A stretch of 64,000 nucleotides of DNA from Anaerolineales bacterium UBA6092 (GTDB lineage: Bacteria; Chloroflexota; Anaerolineae; Anaerolineales; UBA4823). Location of the stretch: the NCBI GenBank assembly GCA_002428565.1, contig DIXA01000046.1, positions 24,678 through 88,677 of the forward strand, written 5' to 3'. Each line of letters begins with the position of its first letter. The first letter of the stretch is position 1. The notes under the pieces are model-generated. The model was not told the DNA's origin. It did no database searches and saw only the letters and a list, made by a program, of their open reading frames with translations. The translations under genes and the position numbers were made by a program. Positions 17,400 through 26,003 of the stretch are shown one piece after another.

Positions 17400-18635
17400 T
17401 TACATCAATTCGGCGTACACCGCCAGCAAGCGGCTGGCAATCCGCTCCCAGGCATAATCGCTGGCAGCGATCACCGCCTGCTGCCCCATGCGGGCGCGCA
17501 GATCGGCATCGCCCAACAGGTTCTCCAGCCGGTCTGCCAAAATTTCCGGCTCATCCACCGGCACGGTGTAACCCGTCAGCCCGTCTTGCACCAGGTAAGC
17601 CAGCCCGCCCACCTGCGAGGCCACCACCGGCGTGCCGCAAGCCAGCGCCTCCAGCGCCACCATGCCAAACGACTCGTAGTGCGAAGGCACCACCACCGCC
17701 TCGGCGGCAGAGTAATAGTATGGCAGCGTATCCTGGCTGCGCTTGCCCAGGAAGACGATCAAGTCTTGCAGCCCAAATTGCGCACACAGCGCCTGGATGC
17801 GGGCCATCTCAGCGCTCATCTTTTCCGGGTCGGCATCTGGCTCGCCGCCAATCACCGCCAGGCAGAAGGGATTGCGCTCCAGCACGCCCCGCTGGCGCAT
17901 CAGAGCGATGGCGTTGATCAGCACATCCATGCCCTTCAGCGGCTCGATGCGCCCGACAAACAGCAGCATCCGCCCGCAGGGCGGCACGCCAATGAACTCT
18001 TTGGCCTCATCCTGCGGGATGGGGTAAAAGCGGTGCGGGTCTACCCCCGGCGGGATGACCACAATGCGGCGCACATCTGCCTGGTAAAGCCACTGCAACT
18101 GCGCCAGTTCGGCGGGCGTGGCGGCGATGATGCGGTCAGCCTGCTGGATCACCTTGCGCTCACCCTCCAGGCGGTAACCGCCTTCCATCTCCTCCGGCGA
18201 TTGCGCCACCCGGTTCTTCATCAGCACCAGGGTATGGAACATGTGCGCCACGGGCACCTGCCAGGCCTGTTTCAGTTCCAGCGCCGCCAGCCCCGACATC
18301 CAATAGTGGCTGTGCACCAAATCGTAGTGGATGCCCTTAGCCTGGGCAAACTCTCGAATGCCCTGCACAAACTGCGGCAGGTGCGAGGCCAACTCTGGCT
18401 TGGGCAGCGGCACCTCCGGCCCGGCAGGCACGTGCACCACGCGGTTGCCGTAGCCCAGGTCGTGCAGCACATGCGGCACATGCTCATCCTGTGAGCGAGT
18501 AAACACATCCACGCGCACGCCCATCACGCCTAGCTGCCGCGTCACCTCGCGCACGTAGACGTTCATGCCCCCGGTGTCTTTCCCGCCCAATGTTGCCAGC
18601 GGGCAGGTATGATAAGAAAGCATTGCGATGTTCAA
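17400..18635 (-). CDS. GT4-family glycosyltransferase (MshA / sucrose-phosphate-synthase-like)
   Basis: 411 aa. N terminus IAMLSYHTCPLATLGGKDTGGMNVYVREV is typical of MshA-like GT4 enzymes. C-terminal E-x7-E region VVPSHYESFGMVALEALACGTPVVAS. TTG start with aaggag 8 nt upstream. Confidence 0.85.
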   Translation of the reverse strand: MNIAMLSYHTCPLATLGGKDTGGMNVYVREVTRQLGVMGVRVDVFTRSQDEHVPHVLHDLGYGNRVVHVPAGPEVPLPKPELASHLPQFVQGIREFAQAKGIHYDLVHSHYWMSGLAALELKQAWQVPVAHMFHTLVLMKNRVAQSPEEMEGGYRLEGERKVIQQADRIIAATPAELAQLQWLYQADVRRIVVIPPGVDPHRFYPIPQDEAKEFIGVPPCGRMLLFVGRIEPLKGMDVLINAIALMRQRGVLERNPFCLAVIGGEPDADPEKMSAEMARIQALCAQFGLQDLIVFLGKRSQDTLPYYYSAAEAVVVPSHYESFGMVALEALACGTPVVASQVGGLAYLVQDGLTGYTVPVDEPEILADRLENLLGDADLRARMGQQAVIAASDYAWERIASRLLAVYAELM

Positions 18636-18647
18636 TCAGTATTCTCC

Positions 18648-18677
18648 TTGCCACAACTGCCCCTACCCTGGTATAAT
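18648..18677 (+). promoter_or_regulatory. Sigma-70-type promoter for tRNA-Thr
   Basis: TTGCCA (18648-18653), 18-nt spacer, then extended -10 TGgTATAAT (18669-18677). It ends 18 nt upstream of the tRNA 5' end. Confidence 0.6.
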
Positions 18678-18695
18678 CCCGACGCTAAAATCAAC

Positions 18696-18768
18696 GCCAC
18701 CGTAGCTCAGTCGGCAGAGCAGACGTTTCGTAAACGCCAGGTCAAGGGTTCAATTCCCTTCGGTGGCT
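18696..18768 (+). tRNA. tRNA-Thr (anticodon CGT)
   Basis: Hand-folded cloverleaf. Acceptor GCCACCG/CGGTGGC. D arm GCTC-AGTCGGCA-GAGC. Anticodon arm GACGT-TTCGTAA-ACGCC (one A-C mismatch at 28:42, U33 and A37 present). Variable loop AGGTC. T arm AAGGG-TTCAATT-CCCTT. Discriminator T. CCA is not encoded. Confidence 0.9.
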
Positions 18769-18780
18769 CTCTCAGTCTCA

Positions 18781-18811
18781 GGGTTGGCTGTAATAAGCCA
18801 ACCCTTTTTTT
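18781..18811 (+). terminator. Rho-independent terminator after tRNA-Thr
   Basis: gggttggct / gtaata / agccaaccc (9-bp stem) followed by a run of seven T (18805-18811). Confidence 0.8.
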
Positions 18812-18835
18812 GCCCTTATCCAGTATAATTCCAAC

Positions 18836-19471
18836 ATGTCAAATCGTACACCCCCCGTGATCATTGGAATTGCTGGCGGCACCGGATCGGGCAAAACCAC
18901 CGTGACCAATGTCATTTTGGAACGTGTGGGCTTTGAAAATATTGCCATCTTGCCGCACGATGCATATTATAAAGACCTCGGCCACATGCCGCTGGATAAG
19001 CGTCGTCTTTTCAACTTCGACCATCCCAATTCCCTCGATACCCCCTTGCTGATCACCCATATCCAGCAGCTCAAGCGAGGCCATGCCATCGAGATGCCGG
19101 TGTACGACTTCAAGAACCATTCGCGCACAACAGAAAGCGTGCACATCGAACCCAAACCGGTCATCCTGGTGGAAGGCATCCTGATCTTTGCCGAGCCCGA
19201 ATTGATCAAAGAGTTCGATGTTAAGATCTTTGTGGACACCGATGCCGACCTGCGCTTTATCCGCCGCTTGCGCCGCGATATTGCCGAGCGCGGCCGCACC
19301 AGCGAATCGGTCATCGAGCAATACCTGTCCACGGTGCGCCCTATGCACCTGGATTTCGTTGAGCCTTCCAAGCGCAACGCCGATGTGATCATCCCGGAGG
19401 GCGGACTGAATACCGTTGCCATGGCGATGGTTGTTGCCCGCATCCAGGATCTCCTACACCAACCCCAATAA
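18836..19471 (+). CDS. udk: Uridine kinase
   Basis: 211 aa. P-loop [15 protein letters not shown]. The [10 protein letters not shown] and VEGILIF regions are typical of Udk. TATAAT at 18824-18829 lies only 6 nt before the ATG. Confidence 0.92.
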   Translation: MSNRTPPVIIGIAGGTGSGKTTVTNVILERVGFENIAILPHDAYYKDLGHMPLDKRRLFNFDHPNSLDTPLLITHIQQLKRGHAIEMPVYDFKNHSRTTESVHIEPKPVILVEGILIFAEPELIKEFDVKIFVDTDADLRFIRRLRRDIAERGRTSESVIEQYLSTVRPMHLDFVEPSKRNADVIIPEGGLNTVAMAMVVARIQDLLHQPQ

Positions 19472-19496
19472 CCCGCTCTCACAGAAAGGATTGACA

Positions 19497-20006
19497 ATGA
19501 CCATGCAATGGAATAGCGCCCCCAAGATGGAAATCGACCCCAAGAAAACGTATACCGCCACCATACACACCGATGTAGGCGATATCACCATCCAACTGCA
19601 CGCCGATAAGACCCCCAAGACGGTGAACAATTTTGTTTTCCTCGCCCGCCAGGGCTTTTACGATAACACCATCTTCCACCGCGTCATCGCCGATTTCATG
19701 GCCCAGGGCGGCGACCCCACCGGAACCGGCCGCGGCGGCCCAGGCTACCAGTTTTCCGATGAATTCCACCCCAGCCTGCGCCACGATAAGCCCGGCGTGC
19801 TCTCGATGGCCAATGCCGGCCCCGGCACCAACGGCTCGCAGTTCTTTATCACCCACGTGCCCACCACCTGGCTGGATAACAAGCACAGCGTGTTTGGCCA
19901 GGTGACCAAGGGCATGGATGTGCTGATGAAGATCGGTCCGCGCGATCCTGGCCGCCCTGATGCCCCTGCAATCCACCTGCTCTCCATCACCATCGAAGAA
20001 GTGTGA
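19497..20006 (+). CDS. Peptidyl-prolyl cis-trans isomerase, cyclophilin type
   Basis: In-frame ATG 19497 with aaagga upstream. The track start 19416 overlaps udk. Motifs: [62 protein letters not shown]. Confidence 0.92.
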   Translation: MTMQWNSAPKMEIDPKKTYTATIHTDVGDITIQLHADKTPKTVNNFVFLARQGFYDNTIFHRVIADFMAQGGDPTGTGRGGPGYQFSDEFHPSLRHDKPGVLSMANAGPGTNGSQFFITHVPTTWLDNKHSVFGQVTKGMDVLMKIGPRDPGRPDAPAIHLLSITIEEV

Positions 20007-20560
20007 CCCAGCCCCCGTCCAAATCGAAGCTTGGCGTTAACCTGTTGCGCCTGCTGGCCCTGATCGTCGTGGTTGCCATCAGCGTTTACATCTTCAGCAT
20101 CCGCGATCAGGCTGAGCAGTTGGCCAAATACGGCTACCCGGGCATCTTCCTGCTCTCGTTCCTGGCTTATGCCACCGTGCTGCTGCCAGCCCCAGGCGTT
20201 GCTGTGGTCTTCAGCATGGGGTCAGTTTTCAACCCTCTGGGTGTGGCCCTGGCTGCCGGGGCAGGCGCGGCGCTGGGAGAGATCTCCGGCTACCTGGCAG
20301 GCTTTAGCGGCCAGGCCGTGATCGAGCGGGCGGATATGTACCAGCGCCTCAGCGGTTGGATGCAAAAGAACGGCCCGCTTACCGTCTTGCTGTTATCAGC
20401 CATCCCCAACCCCTTCTTCGACCTGGCGGGCGCTGTTGCCGGTGCGCTCAAGATGCCCATTTACAAGTTCTTATTCTGGGCCTGGATCGGCGAAACGATC
20501 AAAATGCTGCTATTTGCTTACGCCGGGTATGCCTCCATTGGGTGGTTCCTGCAGAAATAG
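20003..20560 (+). CDS. DedA/YqaA-type (VTT domain) membrane protein
   Basis: The GTG start overlaps the upstream stop (GTGA). Multi-helix protein with [23 protein letters not shown] and [13 protein letters not shown], typical of SNARE-associated/VTT family proteins. Confidence 0.7.
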   Translation: MTQPPSKSKLGVNLLRLLALIVVVAISVYIFSIRDQAEQLAKYGYPGIFLLSFLAYATVLLPAPGVAVVFSMGSVFNPLGVALAAGAGAALGEISGYLAGFSGQAVIERADMYQRLSGWMQKNGPLTVLLLSAIPNPFFDLAGAVAGALKMPIYKFLFWAWIGETIKMLLFAYAGYASIGWFLQK

Positions 20561-20584
20561 CCCGACACCAAGATTTTCACTGAG

Positions 20585-21940
20585 GTGATCATGAAAGAAA
20601 TCGATTCCTATCTTGTCCAACACATGGATGAAAGCATCCGCGAGCTCTCCCTATTGTGCGCCCAGCCCAGCGTGGCCGCGCAGAACTGGGGTATGGCTGA
20701 ATGCGCCGCAATGGTCGAGCAGATGTTGCAACGGCGCGGCTTCAGCGTCGAGATCATGCCTACCGGCGGCGCACCCGTGGTGGTTGCCGAACGCCGCGGC
20801 AAAAGCAGTAAAACCCTGCTCTTCTACAACCATTATGACGTGCAGCCGCCCGAGCCGCTGGAACTGTGGGACAGCCCGCCCTTCGAGCCGACACTGCGCG
20901 ACGGTAAGCTGTTCGCCCGCGGCGTCAGCGACGATAAAGGCCACCTGACCAGCCGCCTGTTCGCCATCGACGCCTTCCTGGCCACCCAGGGCGAGCTGCC
21001 TTGCACGGTCAAGTTCATCATCGAGGGCGAGGAGGAGATCAGCAGCGTTCACCTCAATGATTTTGTGCGCAGCAACCTGGAACTGCTCAAGGCCGATGCC
21101 TGCATCTGGGAGTTTGGCGGCGTGGACCATGAAGAGGTGCCCGTGCAATACCTGGGCCTGCGCGGCATCTGCTACGTGGAGCTTTCGGTGCAGACCGCTA
21201 ACATGGATGTGCATTCCGGCCTGGGCGGGTCGATCTTCCCCAACGCCGCCTGGCGCCTGGTTTGGGCGCTGAACACGCTCAAAGGCCCAGATGAGCGCAT
21301 CCTGCTGCCGGGGCACTACGATACCGTCCGCCCGCCCAGCCCGCGCGACCGCCAACTGATGGAAGCCCTACCCGAAACATCTGAGGAGTACCAGAAGCGC
21401 TACGAGGTCAAAGAGTTCCTGCACGGCCTCACCCGCGGCGTGGAACTGCGCCTGGCAGAAGTGTTTGAGCCCACCTGCACCATCTGCGGCCTCACCTCCG
21501 GCTACCAGGGCGCAGGCTCCAAGACCGTCTTGCCGGCGCGCGCCTCCGCCAAGATCGATTTTCGCCTCGTCCCCGACCAGACCCCCGAGCAAGTGCTGGC
21601 CTCGCTGCGCGCCCACCTGGATACCCACGGCTTCAGCGATATCGAGATTACCTTCCTCGGCGGCGATGCACCCGCCCGCACTGACCCAGACGACCCCTTT
21701 GTGACCATGGTGGTCGAGAGCGCTCGCCCGGTGTACGGCATGCCGATGCGCATTGTGCCCATGAGCGGCGGCTCTGGCCCCAACCACGTCTTTGTGCACG
21801 ATCTCAACCTGCCTGTCGCCACCGCTGGCGTCGGTTACGCCGGCACGCTGGCGCACGCCCCCAACGAGAACATCCGCCTGGATCTGTACCTGAAGGGCGC
21901 CATGCATATCGCCCGCATCCTGAAAGAGTTTGCCGCCTGA
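20585..21940 (+). CDS. M20-family metallopeptidase (dipeptidase/ArgE-DapE-CPG2 family)
   Basis: 451 aa. Motifs: LLFYNHYDVQPPEPLELWDSPPF, ARGVSDDKGH, IIEGEEE. Confidence 0.85.
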   Translation: MIMKEIDSYLVQHMDESIRELSLLCAQPSVAAQNWGMAECAAMVEQMLQRRGFSVEIMPTGGAPVVVAERRGKSSKTLLFYNHYDVQPPEPLELWDSPPFEPTLRDGKLFARGVSDDKGHLTSRLFAIDAFLATQGELPCTVKFIIEGEEEISSVHLNDFVRSNLELLKADACIWEFGGVDHEEVPVQYLGLRGICYVELSVQTANMDVHSGLGGSIFPNAAWRLVWALNTLKGPDERILLPGHYDTVRPPSPRDRQLMEALPETSEEYQKRYEVKEFLHGLTRGVELRLAEVFEPTCTICGLTSGYQGAGSKTVLPARASAKIDFRLVPDQTPEQVLASLRAHLDTHGFSDIEITFLGGDAPARTDPDDPFVTMVVESARPVYGMPMRIVPMSGGSGPNHVFVHDLNLPVATAGVGYAGTLAHAPNENIRLDLYLKGAMHIARILKEFAA

Positions 21941-24738
21941 TGTCTGAATCCATTGTTGCCCTCGACATCGAAACGACCGGGCTAGACCCGCAAGCCGATG
22001 CCGTCATCGAGATCGGCGCAGTGCGCTTCAACGGGCGCCGCGTGGATGCCGAATGGTCCACGCTGATCAACCCGGGCCGCCGCATCCCGCCCTTCATCAC
22101 CCAATTGACCGGTATCAACGATCAGATGGTGCATGAAGCCCCCACCCTACGCGCCGTTCTGGCTGACCTGCGCGATTTCGCCGGCGATCTGCCTATCCTG
22201 GGGCACAATGTTGGCTTTGACCTTTCCTTTTTACGCAAGCACGGCATTCTGACCGAAAACGGCGCCATCGATACTTACGAACTGGCTGCCGTGCTCCTGC
22301 CCAGCGCCGGGCGCTACAACCTGGGTGCGCTGGGGCAAGCTCTGGGTGTGGCGCTGCCCGCCACCCACCGCGCCCTGGACGATGCCCGCGCCACGCGCGG
22401 CGTGTACCTGCGCCTGTTGGAAATTGCCAAGGAACTGCCCCTGCCCACCCTGGCAGAGATCGTGCGCCTGGGCGAGCAGGTAGATTGGGGCGGGTTCAGC
22501 ACCTTTTACAATGCCCTGCGCGCCCGCTCCAAAGAAACCATCTCTGCCCGCCTGGCGCGCCAGGGTTACCTGGGCCCCCTATTGGAAGGCTATTCGCCGC
22601 GCAACGCCCTGCCGCTCAACGCCACCGCCGACCCGGTGCCGCTAGACCCCGAGGAAGTTGCCTCCATTTTGGAGTACGGCGGCGAATTTTCCCGCCACTT
22701 CCCCGATTACGAATACCGCCCCCAGCAGGTAGAGATGCTGCGCGCCGTCACCCAGGCTCTCTCCGAGGGGCGCCATCTGCTGGTGGAAGCGGGCACCGGC
22801 ACCGGCAAAAGCATGGCTTACCTCATCCCGGCTGCCCTGTGGGCCATGCAGAACAACCGCCGGGTGGTCATCTCTACCAACACCATCAACCTGCAAGACC
22901 AACTGATCAAAAAAGATATCCCCGACCTGTGCCAGGCGTTGAACCTGGACCTGCGCGCCGCGGTGATGAAAGGCCGCGGCAATTACCTCTGTCCACGCCG
23001 CCTGGAGAATTTGCGCCGCCGCGGCCCGGCCTCCGCCGATGAGATGCGCGTCTTGGGCAAGGTGTTGGTCTGGCTGAACACCACCAACACCGGCGACCGC
23101 AACGAATTGAACCTGAACGGACCCAACGAACGGGATGTGTGGGGGCGTGTCTCTGCGGAGGACGATGCCTGCACCACCGAGAACTGCCTGAAACGGGATG
23201 GTGTCTGCCCCTTCTACCGCGCCCGCATGGCTGCCCAAAACGCGCACATCCTCATCGTCAACCACGCCCTGCTGCTGGCAGATATGGCCACCGGCAGCCG
23301 CGTCCTGCCAGAGTACGAGTACCTGATCGTCGACGAAGGCCATCACATGGAGGACGCCACCACCAACGCCCTCTCCTTCCGCGCCACCCAGAACGAGATC
23401 ACCCGCACCAACCGCGAGCTGGGCGGGATGAACGCCGGCGCTTTGGGGCGCGTCTACAATACCCTGGCGGGCGCCATTGCCCCAGGCGATTTTGCCGCCT
23501 TTGAGCATTTGATCCAACAGGCCACCGACGCCGCTTTTCACTTTGAGAACTTTGCCCAAAGCTTCTTCACCGCCATTGAACAGTTCCTCTTCGAGCAGCG
23601 CGATGGTCAACCGCTGGGCAATTATGCCCACCAGGAGCGTATCCTGCCAGCCACCCGCGCCCAACCGGCCTGGTCGGATGTGGAAGCCGCCTGGGACGAG
23701 GCCAACCGCCCCCTGCGCGCCCTGATCGACCTTACCGGGCAGATCATGAAGGGCCTGGGCGAGCTGGCTGAGGCGCTGCCAGAAGAAATGGAAGAGATCT
23801 ACGGCGGGATCAGCAGCCTGTACCGCCGCCTGAACGAATATCACCTCAACCTGGATGGGTTGGTGTTCGAGCCTCTCTCCGATGTGATCTACTGGGTGGA
23901 GCTGCACCCGCACTATAAGAACATCTCACTCAACGCCGCCCCGCTGCACATTGGTGCGCTGATGCAAAAATACCTCTGGCACGAAAAGGCCAGCGTGATC
24001 CTCACCTCTGCCACGCTCACCGCCGCCGGCGAATTTGATTACCTGCGCGGCCGCCTGTACGCCGAAGATGCCTATGAACTGGCGCTCGGCTCACCTTTTG
24101 ACTTTGAGAGCGCCACGCTGATCCACATGCCCAACGACATCCCTGAGCCGTCTGACCGCCAGGGCCACCAGCACGCCGTAGAGCAGGCCATCATCAAGCT
24201 GGCTCAGACCACCGGCGGACGCATGCTGGTCTTGTTCACCTCCTACGATCAGCTCAAGCGCACCTCACAAGCCCTCAGCACGCCCCTGGCTCGCCACGAT
24301 ATCCATATTTACGAGCAGGGGGAAGGCGCCTCGGCCAACGCCCTGCTGGAAAACTTCCGCGCCGATGCGCATGCCGTATTGCTGGGCACGCGCGCCTTCT
24401 GGGAGGGGGTTGACGTACCCGGCGATGCCCTTTCTGTGCTGGTGATCGTCAAGCTGCCCTTTGACGTCCCCTCCGACCCGATCATTGCCGCCCGCTCTGA
24501 GACCTTCGAAGACCCCTTCAGCCAGTATTCTCTGCCCGAGGCCATCCTGCGCTTCCGCCAGGGGTTTGGCCGCCTCATCCGCACCCAAAGCGATCGGGGA
24601 GTGGTGGCCATCCTGGACCGGCGCATCCTGACCAAGCGCTACGGCAAGCTCTTCCTGGATTCGCTGCCCACCTGCACCCTGCGCGTGGGGCCGCTGGCCG
24701 AACTGCCCAAACTGACAGCCAAGTGGCTGAACCTGTAA
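21940..24738 (+). CDS. dinG: DnaQ-like 3'-5' exonuclease fused to DinG-family ATP-dependent DNA helicase
   Basis: 932 aa. N-terminal Exo I motif VALDIETTGLDP plus HNVGFDLSFL and HRALDDA. Helicase Walker A EAGTGTGKS, DEGH box (IVDEGHHM) and C-terminal helicase motifs. The start overlaps the upstream stop (TGATG). Confidence 0.9.
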   Translation: MSESIVALDIETTGLDPQADAVIEIGAVRFNGRRVDAEWSTLINPGRRIPPFITQLTGINDQMVHEAPTLRAVLADLRDFAGDLPILGHNVGFDLSFLRKHGILTENGAIDTYELAAVLLPSAGRYNLGALGQALGVALPATHRALDDARATRGVYLRLLEIAKELPLPTLAEIVRLGEQVDWGGFSTFYNALRARSKETISARLARQGYLGPLLEGYSPRNALPLNATADPVPLDPEEVASILEYGGEFSRHFPDYEYRPQQVEMLRAVTQALSEGRHLLVEAGTGTGKSMAYLIPAALWAMQNNRRVVISTNTINLQDQLIKKDIPDLCQALNLDLRAAVMKGRGNYLCPRRLENLRRRGPASADEMRVLGKVLVWLNTTNTGDRNELNLNGPNERDVWGRVSAEDDACTTENCLKRDGVCPFYRARMAAQNAHILIVNHALLLADMATGSRVLPEYEYLIVDEGHHMEDATTNALSFRATQNEITRTNRELGGMNAGALGRVYNTLAGAIAPGDFAAFEHLIQQATDAAFHFENFAQSFFTAIEQFLFEQRDGQPLGNYAHQERILPATRAQPAWSDVEAAWDEANRPLRALIDLTGQIMKGLGELAEALPEEMEEIYGGISSLYRRLNEYHLNLDGLVFEPLSDVIYWVELHPHYKNISLNAAPLHIGALMQKYLWHEKASVILTSATLTAAGEFDYLRGRLYAEDAYELALGSPFDFESATLIHMPNDIPEPSDRQGHQHAVEQAIIKLAQTTGGRMLVLFTSYDQLKRTSQALSTPLARHDIHIYEQGEGASANALLENFRADAHAVLLGTRAFWEGVDVPGDALSVLVIVKLPFDVPSDPIIAARSETFEDPFSQYSLPEAILRFRQGFGRLIRTQSDRGVVAILDRRILTKRYGKLFLDSLPTCTLRVGPLAELPKLTAKWLNL

Positions 24739-26000
24739 TGACTCCGCCTCCCCCCCGCAAATGGCTCCCCCTGGCTGCCCTGCTGGCAGCCGGGCTGGCG
24801 CTGCTGGCTGCCTTGCGGCTTGCCCCGGCAGTGCTGGAGCCACTGCGAGAGTGGCTCAGCCAGAGCCAACAGCCCGTGGGCACCCTCAGCAATGGCCTGA
24901 GAATGGCCTCCACGGGCTTGTTTTTGCTCATTGCCGGGGGGGGTTGGCTGTGGCAGAAACGCCATGCCCAGCAAAGCGAGCCAACCCCCACGCCGGGGCT
25001 GGCCAAAGGCTGGGGCGCTGGCTTCCTGGCCGCGGCCGCTGTGGTTGCCTGCACGATCATCGTTGCCAATCCGCGCGGCATGTACCCGACCAATTTTTAC
25101 CCCCCGCGCTGGCTGCTTGCCCGCCCGGTGAAAATGGATGCCTACCAGGCCCTGCCTGTTGCACCCGATCTCGTCATCCTGGGCAGTTCGCGCACCTTCA
25201 CCATCGCCCCCGTCGATGTGCAGGCCCGCCTGGGCTATACTGCCTTCAATGCCTCGGTGGAGGGCATGCGTATGGCAGAGATGCCCGCTTTCGTGCGCTT
25301 TGTCACGCAAGAACACCCTCCGGGGCCCATGGTGCTGCTGATCGAGGCCGCACCCTACGCCGCCGACGATCTCGTCAGCGAGCGTCTCCCCAACCGCCTG
25401 CTGCCTTATCTCTCTCCAGACCAGGCCTTCTCTTTCATTTACAACCGTTACACCAGCCTGCTCAACCTGGATCACTTCTCCGAATCAGTTTACCAGATGC
25501 TGCGCGAGCCAAAAGAAAGCCTGGACTGGAGCTTCCAGCCCGACGGCATGGGCATACTGCCCCTATCCAGCCCAGCCGGGTTAGAAGAAGGGGTCAGCCA
25601 GGCCATCGCCAATATCCCGGCTCACTGCCAGCCTCCCAGCCGCGCGGCGATGCGCTACTACCAGCAGGTGGTGGACCTGGCAGCACGCTACCAGATGGCG
25701 GTGGTGTTCATTATCCCCCCTTACCACCCGCGCTATTACGCTGCGCAAATGGCCCCCGGCAGCGATTTCGACGCCTGCAAGGCCCAGGCCGTGGCCTTTT
25801 TGCAGGCGATGGCAGAGGAATACAGCCACATCTTCTTCCTGGATTACACCGACCCGGCAACCATTGGCAGCCTCGACACCGCCGAGGGATACTATGACTA
25901 CCAGCACATGACCCAGGAGAACGCCGCCCGATTGCTCGAGGCCGCCGCCGCCACGCTCCAGCAGGCCTACCAGATTGCAGAGGAGTGGCGCACCCGCTGA
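24738..26000 (+). CDS. Membrane-anchored SGNH/DltD/DUF1574-like protein, probable partner of the adjacent MBOAT
   Basis: N-terminal hydrophobic helices. Candidate Ser block LVILGSSRT and a C-terminal D-x-x-H (YYDYQHMT), as in the SGNH fold. It lies directly upstream of the MBOAT gene with a 3-nt gap. Start is either ATG 24738 (overlapping the dinG TAA) or GTG 24723. The family assignment is tentative. Confidence 0.5.
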   Translation: MTPPPPRKWLPLAALLAAGLALLAALRLAPAVLEPLREWLSQSQQPVGTLSNGLRMASTGLFLLIAGGGWLWQKRHAQQSEPTPTPGLAKGWGAGFLAAAAVVACTIIVANPRGMYPTNFYPPRWLLARPVKMDAYQALPVAPDLVILGSSRTFTIAPVDVQARLGYTAFNASVEGMRMAEMPAFVRFVTQEHPPGPMVLLIEAAPYAADDLVSERLPNRLLPYLSPDQAFSFIYNRYTSLLNLDHFSESVYQMLREPKESLDWSFQPDGMGILPLSSPAGLEEGVSQAIANIPAHCQPPSRAAMRYYQQVVDLAARYQMAVVFIIPPYHPRYYAAQMAPGSDFDACKAQAVAFLQAMAEEYSHIFFLDYTDPATIGSLDTAEGYYDYQHMTQENAARLLEAAAATLQQAYQIAEEWRTR

Positions 26001-26003
26001 CGG

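Noticed and set aside
17334-18494. 386-aa plus-strand ORF opposite the GT4 glycosyltransferase
   Set aside because: The translation is dominated by His/Arg/Gln/Leu runs with no family resemblance. The opposite strand encodes a clear MshA-like GT4 enzyme.
18696-21000. Genomic island or integrative element at tRNA-Thr
   Set aside because: No integrase, no repeat of the tRNA 3' end noticed downstream. The flanking genes (udk, cyclophilin, peptidase) are housekeeping.
22642-23913. 423-aa minus-strand ORF inside dinG
   Set aside because: Antisense shadow. dinG carries exonuclease and helicase motifs in the plus frame.
24761-25897. 378-aa plus-strand ORF in an alternative frame of the SGNH-like gene (plus minus-strand 24639-25475)
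   Set aside because: The translation is extremely Arg/Pro/Gly/Ala-rich, an off-frame signature. The 24738-26000 frame gives a protein with TM helices and balanced composition.
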